The notes under the pieces are model-generated. The model was not told the DNA's origin. It did not search any database and saw only the letters and a program-made list of their open reading frames with translations. Below are positions 37,547 through 51,345 of a stretch of DNA of 64,000 nucleotides, piece after piece. Both the position numbers and the translations under genes were made by a program. This stretch comes from Octopus sinensis. Lineage: Eukaryota. Location: assembly GCF_006345805.1 (NCBI RefSeq), contig NC_042997.1, forward strand, positions 203,112,001 through 203,176,000. Reading direction: 5' to 3'. Every line of letters begins with the position of its first letter. The stretch's first letter is position 1.

Positions 37547-37687
37547 TGGACATTAATATTAGATATTAGAGTTTCATTAAATCAATTACTGTATATTTTC
37601 CATTATTTAACTATCTCATTTTCAGTCGTCATAGGTGAAAAGTATGGGAAATACAAACCAGAGAGATAACTTTAATAAAACTTTTCA

Positions 37688-37720
<33 letters not shown>

Positions 37721-39548
37721 TACAGTATGTGCATATAACTCCAGGGATAAATGCATACAGGAATGATGAGCTGTATATTAACATGAAGGATATTGAATTT
37801 ACATCTGCACTCTTAAAAAATTTGGGTTATTTACATAGAGAGACAAACATTCAACATTCTCTTTGTTCGTTCATTTCTTGCATTCATTTCTCTATACCAG
37901 CATGGGTTAGACGAACATATGAAGCTTTGTTTTACAGTCTATGACCCCACTTCTTATCCACTAACCCTTACCTGTTTTTCAAGCAATGGCTCTCAGTCTA
38001 AATGTCTTTTGAAGGTGCAAAGCCAGCAGATGATTTATTGACAGGAGAAATGATGTCACTGCTTGTTGCCCAGCAATCATCAGAAGAAAAAAAACAATAG
38101 ACAACACACACGTGTGCATGTACACATGTGCATGTACACACAGGAGGATTCTTTTCAGTTTTTCTCTACCAAATTCACTCACAAAGCTTTAGTTAGTTCA
38201 GGGCTATAGTAGAAAAGACTTCCCAAGGGTACCACAAAATGGGACTGAACCTGAAACCATGTGGTTGGGAAGAACATTTCTTGACTGCACAACTATACCC
38301 GTATCTATGGGCTGATAAGAAAAGTGAGACAGGTTAACAATATTAACCTTTGCTAGTAATAGGTGTAACACACCAATATATTCAAATACATATGAGAAAT
38401 CTGATTACATTTTTGAAGATCTTGCCATCAGATTTCATTTGGCAAAACAAAAATGAAATGTATTTATTGAATTCAAAGTATTTATGATTCAAAGTTAAGT
38501 CAAAAATATAGCAAACCCACCTCAAGTAAAAATTAAGCTGAAAGGGTCTTTGGGGGGGGGACTTGAAAACTTTGACTTTTTAAAACTTGGTTTAATAACT
38601 TGCCTGAAAGACTGATCAGGTATCACACTTGCTCCAAGATTTTCAGTTTAAAAATAAATAAAATATGTACTTTGTTGCTTATTTCTACAAATTTTCATTA
38701 AAAAAATCTTATGTAAAAATGTTGAGAATCTTCAAAAATGAAATATCTTGAATTTTGATGAAACTTGACATGATGGTCATTTGTGTTAAATTATACATCT
38801 AATTAAATATGCAAATTACTTAAATATTCAAATCTCAAATATGCAAATGCGGCAATAATTTTTAAAATTTCCAGTTGGGTTACAATTAAACCTATTAAAT
38901 ATTTTACTGTTTTTGAGTAGAATTACTTTTCTCCAACTGTCAATAATAGCACAGAAGACAGTACCGCAACTAACTTTTCTCAGCCATCTCCTCACATACT
39001 GCTCTCGTTGTCCAGAAACTACGCATACACCAGTAAAACCATGAGCTTTGTAGATTCAAAACAGATGCCCCCCCTCTCCCTCTCTCTTTTATTTTTGGTT
39101 AAATTGATGAAAGCAAAAATGGAAATTAATATGCAAAATATGCTAGATGGTTCTATTGTTCAAAAAGTTGAAAGACAATGCAAATAAAGCTTACAATGGT
39201 CACATGTATAAAAACACATGCAGATTTCTTGAGAATAACGTTCAAGAATATTTCATTTGCACGAGAAAGTCTTTTGAAAATGCTGGATAGTTGATCAATG
39301 TGCATTTTATCTTTGGAAAATTGGAAGTTATTTCTGAGCCTCATAAAAACTAACCAAATTTATAATTATAAAAGAAAGAAAGAGAAATTGGCCACAGTAT
39401 TGACTCTTGTTAGCATATTTTTGTTGAAATCCTTGGCCTTTTGTTCCAATCCAATTTGGAAATACTGAAGGATTTAATAGAATGACTTATTAAGCTGGTG
39501 TTAGGAACATAAATTAACATGGAATTTTAGCTAAAGGTTTTAAATTAG

Positions 39549-39766
39549 GGTGGCAAACTGGCAGAAATGTTAGCCGGGCAAAATGTTTAGCCCTATTTCG
39601 TCTGCTGTTACGTTCAGAGTTCAAATTCCACCGAGGTCGACTTTGCCTTTCAGGGTCAATAAATTAAGTACCAGTTATGCACTGGGGTCGATATAATCGA
39701 CTTAATCCAATTGTCTGTCCTTGTTTGTCCCCTCTGTGTGTAGCCTCTTGTGGGCAGTAAAGAAAT
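39549..39766 (+). mobile_element. tRNA-derived SINE family 2 with 14-bp TSD, nested in a MITE A copy (about 39400-39850)
   Basis: AGGTTTTAAATTAG at 39535-39548 and 39767-39780; B-box GAGTTCAAATTCC. Confidence 0.9.
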
Positions 39767-40699
39767 AGGTTTTAAATTAGATCACTTTAAAACGAAGTTT
39801 GCATCATACAAACTGGGTGGTGCAAGGTAGATGGGTATTGAAAGGTTTAACGAACAAAGAATCTACAAATAAGCAAAAAGAATAAATTTGTATCTGCTTC
39901 GTTTGATCACAAATCACTTCTTAATTTTCAAAAACAAAAAGAAAAGTCTATGTCCATACATGCATGGCAGGTTTCATGTGAAGATGTGCTACGTCAGTTA
40001 GTAAGAAAGAGTTACATTTGATTAGGTTTTGTAAAAGATAAAAAAGAAATCTATGAAGAACTCATTATACTCTAAAAGATTGGACCGTGAACATTGAAAA
40101 AAAAAAATGTACAACCCGTTTCCATGGAAATTACATTATATTTCTGTTGATAGACGTTAAAGAGAATCTGAGAGTCTGCAAACATGTCTCGGCTAAAGGA
40201 GAGCTTCGCTAATCAATGTAGAAATGAAGAGAAACTGACAAAAACACAAATCAGCATCAAAAGACAACTATGAGCTGATTGGTTATTTTCTCTGTTCAGA
40301 ACATTAAAGATTGTGACACGTGTAGATTAAACACTCATGCTGGAGATCGACCTAAAGTTCTTTCATCCTCCTCATCTTTCTTTCTCTCTCTCTCTCTCTC
40401 TCTGATAGGTCTTCTTATCAATGTGATGATAGTTATGGCTGAAGTAAATCTGAGCTATACAATGTTCTTTATATATATCTTATGACATGCCACATTGAAA
40501 GTACAGGATAAATGGGGTGGTCACTGGATGATTCCAAACTTGAGTTGATTTAGTTTTGATGCTCCCACTGCATTAAATATGTTAACTCTGAACGATTTAA
40601 TAGACAGTCATTGAGCGGTGGGTGGAGGAGAAATAGATGTATTTAGTGATTGTGAGTGAGTATATTACATTATCAAGTTCAGCAGAATGTAGTAGACAA

Positions 40700-41330
40700 G
40701 GAACAGAGGAAACAATGATGGAGAGAGGCAACTACAGAAGCATCAGTCGAGGGACCAGGTTATGAAAGTTAGAGAGAGAGTTGATTAGGAACACAATTAG
40801 CAAAGACAAGACGCAGTTTGTGCTAATAATACAACTACAAGAGCAGTTAGGAGTCTCTGTACCTAACATTTAAAGACTTGGAGAAGGTCTTTAACAGAGC
40901 CCCAATCTATGGCCTGATCATTGGCAAGGAAAGCAAGAATAGATGACTGTCTTGTAAGAGCCATACAAGCCCTGTGCAAAAGCTAAGACAGAGTTAGCAA
41001 TGAATTCAGTATTGAGTTTAGAGTCAAAGTGTCAGTATTCAGTTCTCAGTCCCCTTTTGTTTAATATTGAGAGCTCCAGGTCATAACTGAAGAGCTTAAG
41101 ACTGGTCATCCTTGGAAACATTTGTACTTATTTAATTTAAAATTTAGAGAAAAAATTTCAGACCTGGAAAAAGAAAAACCCTAAAATTTAATGGCTTCAA
41201 AGTAAACAGAGCAAATACTGAAGATGACAGGACCCTATTACTATCCACTTTGTTATGCAGAGAAAAGATAGACAGAAATTCCATATGGTGTCCCCAAGTA
41301 AACTATGGACACATGAGAGCTGACAAAAGA
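40700..41330 (+). mobile_element. Old RTE LINE RT fragment
   Basis: Interrupted translation gives ERGNYRSIS, LYLTFKDLEKVFNR, LVRAIQAL and LQVITEELKTGHPW. Confidence 0.7.
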
Positions 41331-42014
41331 CTGATGGTGATTGTGTGGTTTTTAGAGAGTTGGTTCATGCATAAAAACTTTAGGTGACATTACCCAGAAC
41401 ATGTACATTTGTGATGGGTCATCATTCAAGCATTTTCCATTACTAAAAGGAAAACCCAGCCTTCATTGTACATTGATTGCATTCCTGGTTACAATGTGAG
41501 GAATGTGATAGTTTTCATAGAAAACTATCAGTGACTGTGAAGAAAAAAAAAACTTCCATTTTGTAGTGACTGCAGTGAATTTTAGCAAAGTGTTGTGATG
41601 TATCAGAACTCTATAGATCTCTGCTATCATAACATAATTAGTAAGATATAAGCAAACAAACTATCACTTTGGATAGCCCAAGTTCACATTTTTAGATGCA
41701 AAACGAAAAAACCTATCATTTCTTGTTCAATGAAAGAATGTAAATAAAATAGGTTTTCAGAAAAAATTATTATTATTATCATCATTATTATTTACTTTAA
41801 TCTCATAAAACATGTCAGAAGTCATACTTTTAGCAAAACCACATAACTTGTTATTAGCAATAATGTGTTGCCAAAGTCTGAATTACTTTACTGAATACAA
41901 ATATTGATATCATTTTTCCCCAACTTTACTTCCTACAGAATCAGCAAGATTACAATGTTTCATAGGGTTAGCCCTTAGTATTTGTTACTATGCCAACTAA
42001 ATAGAAAAAAATAC

Positions 42015-42168
42015 TTATATATATATATATACATATATTCACGTACACACACACATATATATAACATACAAATGTACATATATATATATATATATATATA
42101 ACACACATACATATCAAACATACACATATATATCACACACACACATATATATTATATATATACACATA

Positions 42169-42232
<64 letters not shown>
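42015..42232. repeat. Compound TA/CA microsatellite ending in a long pure (CA)n
   Basis: Read directly from the sequence. Confidence 0.96.
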
Positions 42233-44432
42233 CAAAATAAAAATAAAACTTTATTTGATTTTTAGTACACCTCACAGAGGTAGCAAGAAGTCATTGGGAA
42301 TTGTTCCAAAGAGAACCTATAAACGATATTTAAATGAACTACCGTTAAAAGATTTGCAGAAGGAAAGTCCAAAACTGTAGCAAATTACACATGAGAGAGA
42401 GAACAATTTAAGTTGATAAATGCAAGTAATATTTTGTTTAGTGTAGCATTAAACCCACCATATTTACATTTCTGGCAACTACAAGAAATAGAATACAGGC
42501 AGAATATGGAGACAATTCAGAGCAGAGGGGTAGGGTAGAGAGATAGAGGATAGAGTACGATCAATTTTCACTTTGGGGGGGAAAAAAAAACAATGATCAA
42601 TTTTGATGTTCAATATACAAAGCATTAGTGGTTATAAGTAAACCTGTTTAATAGCAAACCATCTGAGATCAGCCATATGGAAGTATTCATCATAACATGG
42701 TTGATATGAGATTTCAATTGGTCAACTTCAGGCTGATGTGAGAGAATCTCTGTATGATCATTGAACTTGCTTAAAATAACAACCAAATCTCCATCAAATT
42801 ACACCTTAACAACAACAACAAAAAAGACAAAAGGAAAGACATATTGAATAATGTGCTCTTTCATACATGATGCCCGAAAATAAGGCTGGTCACTGGTCTA
42901 CTGGATCAGGACTGACTTGGAGGAGCTAAGCAGCAACAACTACCACCACTAATAAAAAAAAAAGTTGGATATTTTAACATAAGCTTCTCTAAAACTTCTG
43001 ATTATATTGAAAATTAATCAAAACTTCTTTTTTTCTGAAGACATTGGATAATATAATCTATCTGAAAAGATAGGAGAGTCATGGCTGGAATATCTGAACC
43101 ATAGGTTAACTCATTGAACATTAAAGTTGGGATAAACAATAATTAAGTTAACATTCAGGGTATTTTAGCAAATCATACCAAAACAAGTCTGAAGAGAATG
43201 CTTTCAAAAGAATTTGAAACTATTCCAGGAAAGCAAAAGACAGTTGCTGCTGATAGGACTCTATAAGAGAGGTCCCTGAGGACTCTAGTCCTACAACTCC
43301 CAGGAACAGTGGGTAGAGATAATGGATATACAAGACATTATGGGAGAAAAAGACTATGATTTTACTACACCACGTTGGGGCAGTAGAAGGTAGCTATGAA
43401 ATATTCCAAAGAGAATCCATAAATGGTATTTAAAAGAATGGATTTGTAGAAGAAAGGTCCAAAACTGTAGTAATTTACATACAAGAAGTGAAACATCAAC
43501 AAACTTCCATTTAGAATTAGTTTCTAACATTAGCATAAGGTCACTGAGTGAAATCAGTCTCAATATTTGATTTGATCAATAAACAAAGTTTACCTCACTG
43601 GGATTTAAGGCTGACAAAATTTATCTCACTGGTATTTGAGCTCATAACATGAAAAGATGTAACTAAATGCTACAAGCCCTTATGGTTCCGTCAATCTACC
43701 ATTCCACTTATAGATGCCTTTGATGAGAATCCAATAAGATTTGAGATCGATTAAGGTTGTTCATCAGATTTTCAGTCTATGGAGAAACAGCTAAATCAGT
43801 CTTGTTTATAAAGGTATTATAAAGGTTACATATAACAAAACCTTACACTGTTTGGTAAAACATGTCAGAATTGTTAAATCCCCAGAAATGTTGGTAGACG
43901 TGATAACTATTGTAAGGTGATAGTCAATGATGTATATGTATAGTGACTATATAGGTGATAACAGAATAAGGGGTTATGTACACCAGTGCATTAATGTTAA
44001 TACAGAAAAACAATGAATAAATTCACTAATATCAGTTAGGGAGGTATAATGAGAAAATATTCTTTTTGTCAATATAATTGACAATGAAAATATCTTAAAG
44101 ATTTAGAGAGAAACAAAAGATTTAGAGAGAAACAAAACCTGGAAGAGGTAACCCCTATCAGAGGGTCTCAATCATTCAAGAGTCTAAAAAGCAAGGATTT
44201 GAAAGTTCGATCTTCCCTTAAAAAAACACATTTATATAAGAGTAAGAGGAATGAATTAGCATACTAATTGACATTTAAATAAAGCTAATTGGAATTGTTT
44301 GTATTTTCTTCAGCAGTGGAGACAAAGTAGGTGAGAATAAGAGAGAGGTGACAGCAAATTCGTAATTCATTGTAGATGTAAAGTTGTGCAACTGAACAAT
44401 GTATTTCACTCTGTCTTAGGCAATGATATTAA

Positions 44433-44631
44433 CCCTTCTGTTACTATATTTCTATTAAAATACGTTGTCTTTGTTTCAATTAATTTTGAATATAATGAAG
44501 AATTAAGTGAAATAACCTTGCTTTATTAAGCTGGTGTTTGAAACATAACATGAAATTTTAAAGAAAAGTCATAATTCTGATCACTTTTAACATAGAGAGT
44601 TTATATTGTAGAACCAGAAACAGATGAAGGG
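44433..44631. mobile_element. piggyBac-type MITE (family A)
   Basis: TTAA on both sides (44429-44432, 44632-44635). Left end CCCTTCTGTTACTATATTTCT matches the left end of the 14643 element. Confidence 0.82.
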
Positions 44632-45741
44632 TTAAAACATGGGCTGTAATGAGCCAACAAGGGTGGCTCTACATGACTGTTCTATTACTAAGAATCATAT
44701 ACTATCATCTTTTTAAAAATAAAAAAAGAAAAATGACAAAGTTGTTTAGTTTATACTGGAGTATTACATTTTTTTTTTTTGTTTTTGTTTTTTGTAAAAA
44801 TATCTAAAAACAATGAGCTAAGACGCAGAAGTTATAAAATTATGATTTATAAAAGTGTCAATAGAATTACTGATGAAAAGCATTTAATCTAGTGAAAATG
44901 TTAAATATTACCAAATAAAATTCACATTAAACTTTTAATGATTTTCAAATTTACATTTGATTAATCGTTAATAAGTTATTGATTAAAACTCTCTGGTTTA
45001 ATTGGGTTTTTTTATGGCTTCACAGAGGATAAAGAATAGCATCCATTGACTTTCGGGGGCATCAAAGAATGGTGGACATGGAGAAGAAGCCATGGTTCAT
45101 TGATTCTATAGCAGGAAGAAATACATTAGAACTGGAGAATAGATAAAAGAATACAGGGTTACACTTGTCCTCATAGCTGGGGGTGGGTGGGGTGTTAGCC
45201 ACAGGCATGACCACCACCACTCACCACACACTACAGTCCCTGTTGCAGCTGTACACTTCATCAGAATCTTTCCCATCCATTCCTTCATGTCACCATTCTA
45301 CTATCTTTGTCACCTGTGACATGAACCTGCTTCCTGTTCATCCACCCCCTGAAAATGTGTCAATGAAGACCTCAAATCAACATGCACACACATAAAATGG
45401 GCATGCTCTATTTCCCAATTCCACTGATAAAACCTTGGTTGATCTGAAGCTATAGAAGACAACTCTTGATGCTCAAAAGGCCATACGATTGTAAAGCAAG
45501 CTTCATAACCATAGAGCCATACTTGTGCATCATCATCATTTTAGCATTCAGTTTTCCTTGCTTGCATGGGTCAGATGGAATTTGTTGAGGCAGATTTTCT
45601 GCGGCTGGATGCCCTTCCTAACCCTCATCTAATTCCAAGCAAGGCGATATTTCTTCATGGTCAGAAATATTTTTCAGAGAAGTCTGGAAACAAACACCAC
45701 TTGCATGATGGTGGTACATATTTACAACCATCAGATATTGT

Positions 45742-45961
45742 TTTCTACCCTAGGCACAAGGCCCCAATTTTTTTTTGGGGGGGGGGCAGTCGATTAGATT
45801 GACCCCAGTATGCAACTGGCACTTAATTTATTGATCCAGTATGCAACTGGGGATGAAAAGTAAAGCTGACCTCAGCAGAATTTGAACTCAAAACATAAAG
45901 ACAGATGACATACTACTAAGCATTTCTCCCAGCATGCTAGTGTTCCTGCCAGCTCACCACC
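45742..45961 (-). mobile_element. SINE family 2 with 20-bp TSD, nested in a tail-B SINE
   Basis: TTACAACCATCAGATATTGT at 45722-45741 and 45962-45981. Confidence 0.88.
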
Positions 45962-46915
45962 TTACAACCATCAGATATTGTCAAGACAAGGGTACACACA
46001 AATACACGTCTACCAAAACCACTCACAATGCTTTGTTCAGCTTGGGGCTATAGCAAAAGACCCTTGCCCAAAGTACCACACAGGTGTATTACCCAAAACC
46101 ACCTGGACATCATTATGATGCTTCATGGAGTTATTAGGTGTTCCAGGTTTTTCAACACCTGACACCCTCAGGATTGCCCCAGGTTGTATCTAGTTAATGC
46201 TGCCGCTTCCACAGTTTGCACCTCCTCATCCACAGCCACCTTGAGGCAACCTCCATGGCCTCTATACCCAACTTGATTGTCTTCTGCCTACTGGCCCGCA
46301 GTGATGTCCACTATGTTTAGAAGAACCTAATTTTCTAAACAAAACAATAATATATTTAGGTGATCAAACTGAGAAATAAATATCATAGAATTAATTAAGC
46401 TATATTCTATTTTGGAATGGTAATTTTTTCTCCAATAGTTAATTAAAACTAATTAGTGTGAAATGCCAACATAAAAATAACACGCAACAATGAACTACTT
46501 CAAAGTAGGGCACTCCATTTCCGGCACTCAACTATTTCAATTGTTTACAGTATTTAATATTCAGATCAGAAATGAAAAGGAACATGGTAATGGAATTTTG
46601 GGAAGAATCTTACAGTGAAAAAATTTTTAAATAAAAACAAAAAAAAAAAAGAAAGAAAGAAAAGAAAAATTAAAATACAGCTTTAATGTGTCATTAGTGT
46701 TTTCATATTTTCTGTGCAGGTTTCTGAGTGGCTTAGTTACTGTCTGGTTGATGTTATTTTGAAGAAGAAATAAAAAAAAAACTTTAAGCTTGACATTATG
46801 CAAATGATCACGTAAACATTTTTTCCCAATGGGATTTGGTATATCTCGTAACCTACTATGTTAACAAAACTCAAATTCTGCTTATCTCTTGCAAAACATA
46901 ACATTCCACTTTCCT

Positions 46916-46947
<32 letters not shown>

Positions 46948-47659
46948 TACATATATATGCACACACATCCATATAACACATTGCATATGTTATGATTAGC
47001 TATCTCCAATGGCCTTCTCTCTTGGAAATCCAATACAGTGTCTGAAGATATAACTAAGCAAGATAACCATTTGCATTAATCTTAATCTGATTTTCGTTAC
47101 TGTTTGGGGAAGGAAAAAAAATTCTTGGTTGTTTAGATGGTGATTTGCAGAGAAGAGAAAATCAAAAATGCAAGATCAGTTTTTTATTTTTTTAAGACAA
47201 AACTTTCTACTGACTAAAATCTTGATGAAAACAAAAAGTCTCAAAAATGTATTCAACAACTATGTTATATACAAAAACAAAAAACCAGAAAAATCTAACT
47301 TGCTGGAATTGTTGTTGATGAAATAGAGAAACAAATTTGCCAAAAAAAAAAATTTAATTTTTAATGTTAAACCTGTTGATTTCTTTTTGCTTTTGCATGT
47401 TAAATTCTAAATCATTGCTGAGAATATTTTTACCTGTCTATAGACTTATAAAGAATGTTTTTTAAAAAAATGTATGCACATTAATCTGTCTCCTGATATT
47501 TGTTTTAAAAAAAGTCATTTTTAATATTTCAATAAAGATTTAAAATAAGCAGCAGTGTAACTGTCTTCAATGCTGCCTTCATAAAAAGTACTTTTCATTG
47601 TTAAGCTTTTATATAGCATTGAGATTTCAAACAGAACACAAGTATTGTTGACAGTGCCA

Positions 47660-47848
47660 TTAACCCCTATGGTACCAACCAGCCTGGTTCTCTGCTACAA
47701 ATTTCCTGTTCTAAAGTGAGCTTCATTAGACACTTTCCATCAACAGCATAATAATGATAAAAATTATTCTAATAATTTCTTTATTATTTTCATAATTAAT
47801 AGAAATAAAGACTGTGTTTCACCAGAAATATGATAAATAACTGGGTTA
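47660..47848. mobile_element. Degenerate MITE family A
   Basis: TTAACCCC..GGTACCAACC start and GGGTTAA end; homologous body. Confidence 0.65.
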
Positions 47849-50800
47849 AGAACATTATATGTAGTAAAAACAAAAGAAAACATTTAAAAAATTATAAAAA
47901 AACAAATGTTGAAAAATAAAAAAAAAACTGGGAAGTTTAAATTCTATTTTTTATAGATTTCAAAAAAAAGGGAAGTTACTATTCAGTGGAATAAAATGAA
48001 ATGATGCTAACTTTTATTCCTGTAATTTATCATCAAAATAATTTTCATGTTTGCTTGATGTCCATTTCCTCCATACTAGCAGTGGACAAAAGCCAGATGC
48101 CCTTTCAGTTACTAACCCTTATCTGTTTTACACGATAAGGAGATTTTTTTTTATACTACATGTCTTTGAATGTTGTTGACTGGGAATATCAACAAACATC
48201 AGTCTTTTTTTTTTTTGTTTATTTTAAGGCTCTAAACTTTTCACACAAAGCAAAGAATGTATATGCACAAACAGAAATACATTTACACACAAGCGCGTGT
48301 GTGTGTTGATGCCCACTTTGGCACCTCATCACCACTATCTTTATCTCTTCCTAGTTCCACCCTTTCTTCTATAATGTGAGTAGCTGTGTAGCTCCCCTGC
48401 AGCATAAACTTGCTCTGGACCATTCTCTCTCATTTTAACCCCTCATTTCACTTGGAGTTTGTAGTCTTGCAAGTGGTATAGTAACCTTTAAAAAAATGCA
48501 TCAAGTACACATTGTGAATAGGTTGGCATTAGGAAGAGCATCCAGCCATAGAAACCATGCCAAAGCAGGCGGAACCACCATATCCTATGAAACTGTTGAA
48601 CCCATGCCAACACAGAACATGGATGCTAAATGATGAGGACCACACACACATAAGGACAGTTTCTGTCTATTAATTTCACTCTAGTCTAAGGCTACAAGAA
48701 ATTAGCTTAAAGTGCTATGCAGTAGAATAGAACTCAAGCCCATGTGGTAACAAAGCAAACTTCATATCCATGCAGCCATGTCTGTAACTGGTTGTGAATG
48801 GGAAATTAAAATTTCTGAAAGTAACAGCACAGAATCTAAAGAAAATTAGCAGTCTTTTGCAATTGCTACTATCAATGTTTTGTAGGATTATATTAAAGGG
48901 ATTTGGTGCTAAAGTAATGAAATTAAGATGTAGAAAAGATAGGTAGGATTTCAAAAAGAAGTGGAAATAAAAAAGTTATTGAATGCAATAAAACAATCTA
49001 ATGGATATGTGTGTGAATTTAAAAGATAGATTGTACTGAAATCATCATCATCATTTTAACATCCACTTTTCCATGCTTGCAGAGATCAGATAGAATTAAC
49101 TGAGGCAGATTTAATACAGTCAGATATCCTTCCTGTTACCAACCTTCACATCTTTCCAAGTGAGGTAATATTTTTCCTTGACCAGAAATGTTTCTCATGA
49201 AAAACTGTAACTGCACAACATTGCTTATATGACAATAATGCTTGTCTACAATTATCACAGACTGTCAAAACGAGGGTGCGCACAAACACACACACACAAT
49301 GGGCTTCTTTCAGTTTCTATCAATCAAATCTACTGACAAGGGTTTCGTCATCTAAGGTTTTAGTAAAGATACTTACCCAAGATGCCACACAATGGAATTG
49401 AACCTGAAACCAAGTGCTTGGGAAGTGAACTACTCAACTCAAATGAGAAATATTTAATAGTGTAAGAAAGCAAGCTATGGTAATGTGAACCTGAAAAATG
49501 AGTGACACATCAAGAGCTGATAAAGGTTAATCACATGATCACCATGTGACCAACCAGACTATCAGATGTTGTTCACATTGCACTTTGTGTCATTTTAGCC
49601 TTTGAATGATGCCACCACACTGGCTAGGTAAGGGACTGGAGCAATGTAAAAAATGATGTTTTGCTCAAGAACACAACATGCCATCTAGTTTGCAAACTGA
49701 ACCCATTATCTAGTGACTGTGAGTGCAACAGCTTAACCTCTAGGCCACGTGCCTTCACAATAAAGGCTAATATTGAATATAAAACAAAGAAAATACCAAA
49801 GTTCTGATTGGTGCAAATAGATCTGAAGAACTGAGGTAGCTGATGTGTGGTTAAATTTGAGGTTTTACAGGCTTAGTACCATCCTGAAGTGATATACAAT
49901 CTGATTATCATTCTATATAACAGCAAATATAAATATTGGTTGGTTGGATGAGAGAGGAGAAAGAGACACAAAAAAAAAGAGAACATATACTAGTCTTGGT
50001 GATAGGCAATGAGTAAATAAGCACCACATGTGCACACACACAGAATCACAGAAAAAGAGGAGGAAAGTGTGTAAGTGAGTGAGTGTAAATATATATTTTG
50101 GGAGAGGGGTTGATGTCTGATGGTGAATCCCTTGATATAAAATCAGCATGGAATGTAATTTCAATTTTTGAATACTGTTGTGTTTTTTTAATTTCATTTT
50201 AATTTCATCATTTTGTCTATAAGTAGCAAGAAATTTGATAAAAGTTAAATTATTGTATGCTACAAGCCTTATTTCCTGATATTGCCCATGATGGTAAAAA
50301 TATACTTCTAAAGTTACTCATGATGATATGCGTAACACGATTCTGTAATCTTCAGATTTTACACTGAAAATATACTTGAGACTTCAAATCAAAAAAGTAA
50401 TCAGAATATATGTTTATATAATCAACTATAAATTATATTCAGTGAAATTTGAGTGAAAAATTACCATTTTGTTTGATGCATGAAAGATTTTTACATTAAT
50501 TATAACTATATCAATGGAGGGGAAAAAAAACATTTGTTTTTAAAGATGGATTGATGATGATGATGATGATGATAAATGACTGAATGAATGGTAATCTTAA
50601 CCTTAAAAAAAATGTTTGTTTAAGGTTTAAATTAAGAAACAACTATCTTTAATTTTTATCTTAATTACGGCTCACATGATTGAGATTAACTATTTCTCTC
50701 TCCCACCCATCAGGTAACAAAAATAAGCTATTTTTAATGCCCAATGCTCCCTCCAGCATTCAATTACATCTACTCTTAATTAAAGAGACTCCAGGATTGG

Positions 50801-51220
50801 AACCAAGGGAGATAGAGTGAATATATATATATATATATAGGAATGAGGAGACACCATGAATATAGAAAGATTTGCCCTACACAGGTGTAAACCTAAATGA
50901 AATACATAAAAATTCTATTTTGTGATAAACCCTTCAAGTTCGCAAAGTTAAATTTAATACTAAATCCCTTTTATCAAAATCAACAAAGTGCAACATCAGT
51001 TCCTTAGTTTGATAGAAATAGAATGAAAACTGAGCAAATTCTAATGTTGTTCGTAGAATAATTGCTTTTCGCAAACAAATAACACAAATACTGAATTACA
51101 TTTCAAGATTATTTGTAACGTTGAAGAAAAACTAGAATTCTTATGCTTACATAAAGTAATTAGATTAATTTCATTTATTTACACTGTAATTGGTTTTACT
51201 TAACATTATTTCACGGAAGG

Positions 51221-51345
51221 CAAGTGGCTTAGTGGTTAGAGTGCTGGGCTCAATTCCTGGAATGAGTAATGTCACATGTCTGAGTGAGGCACTTCATTTC
51301 AAATTGCACTAGTCTACTCAGCTGTAAATGGGCACCAACTGAATG
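51221..51345 (+). mobile_element. SINE family 3 head (other copies at about 17285-17400 minus, 30385 plus and 49630-49755 minus)
   Basis: tggcttagtggttagagtg head followed by ..gcacttcatttc..ctactcagctgtaaatggg. Confidence 0.6.
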
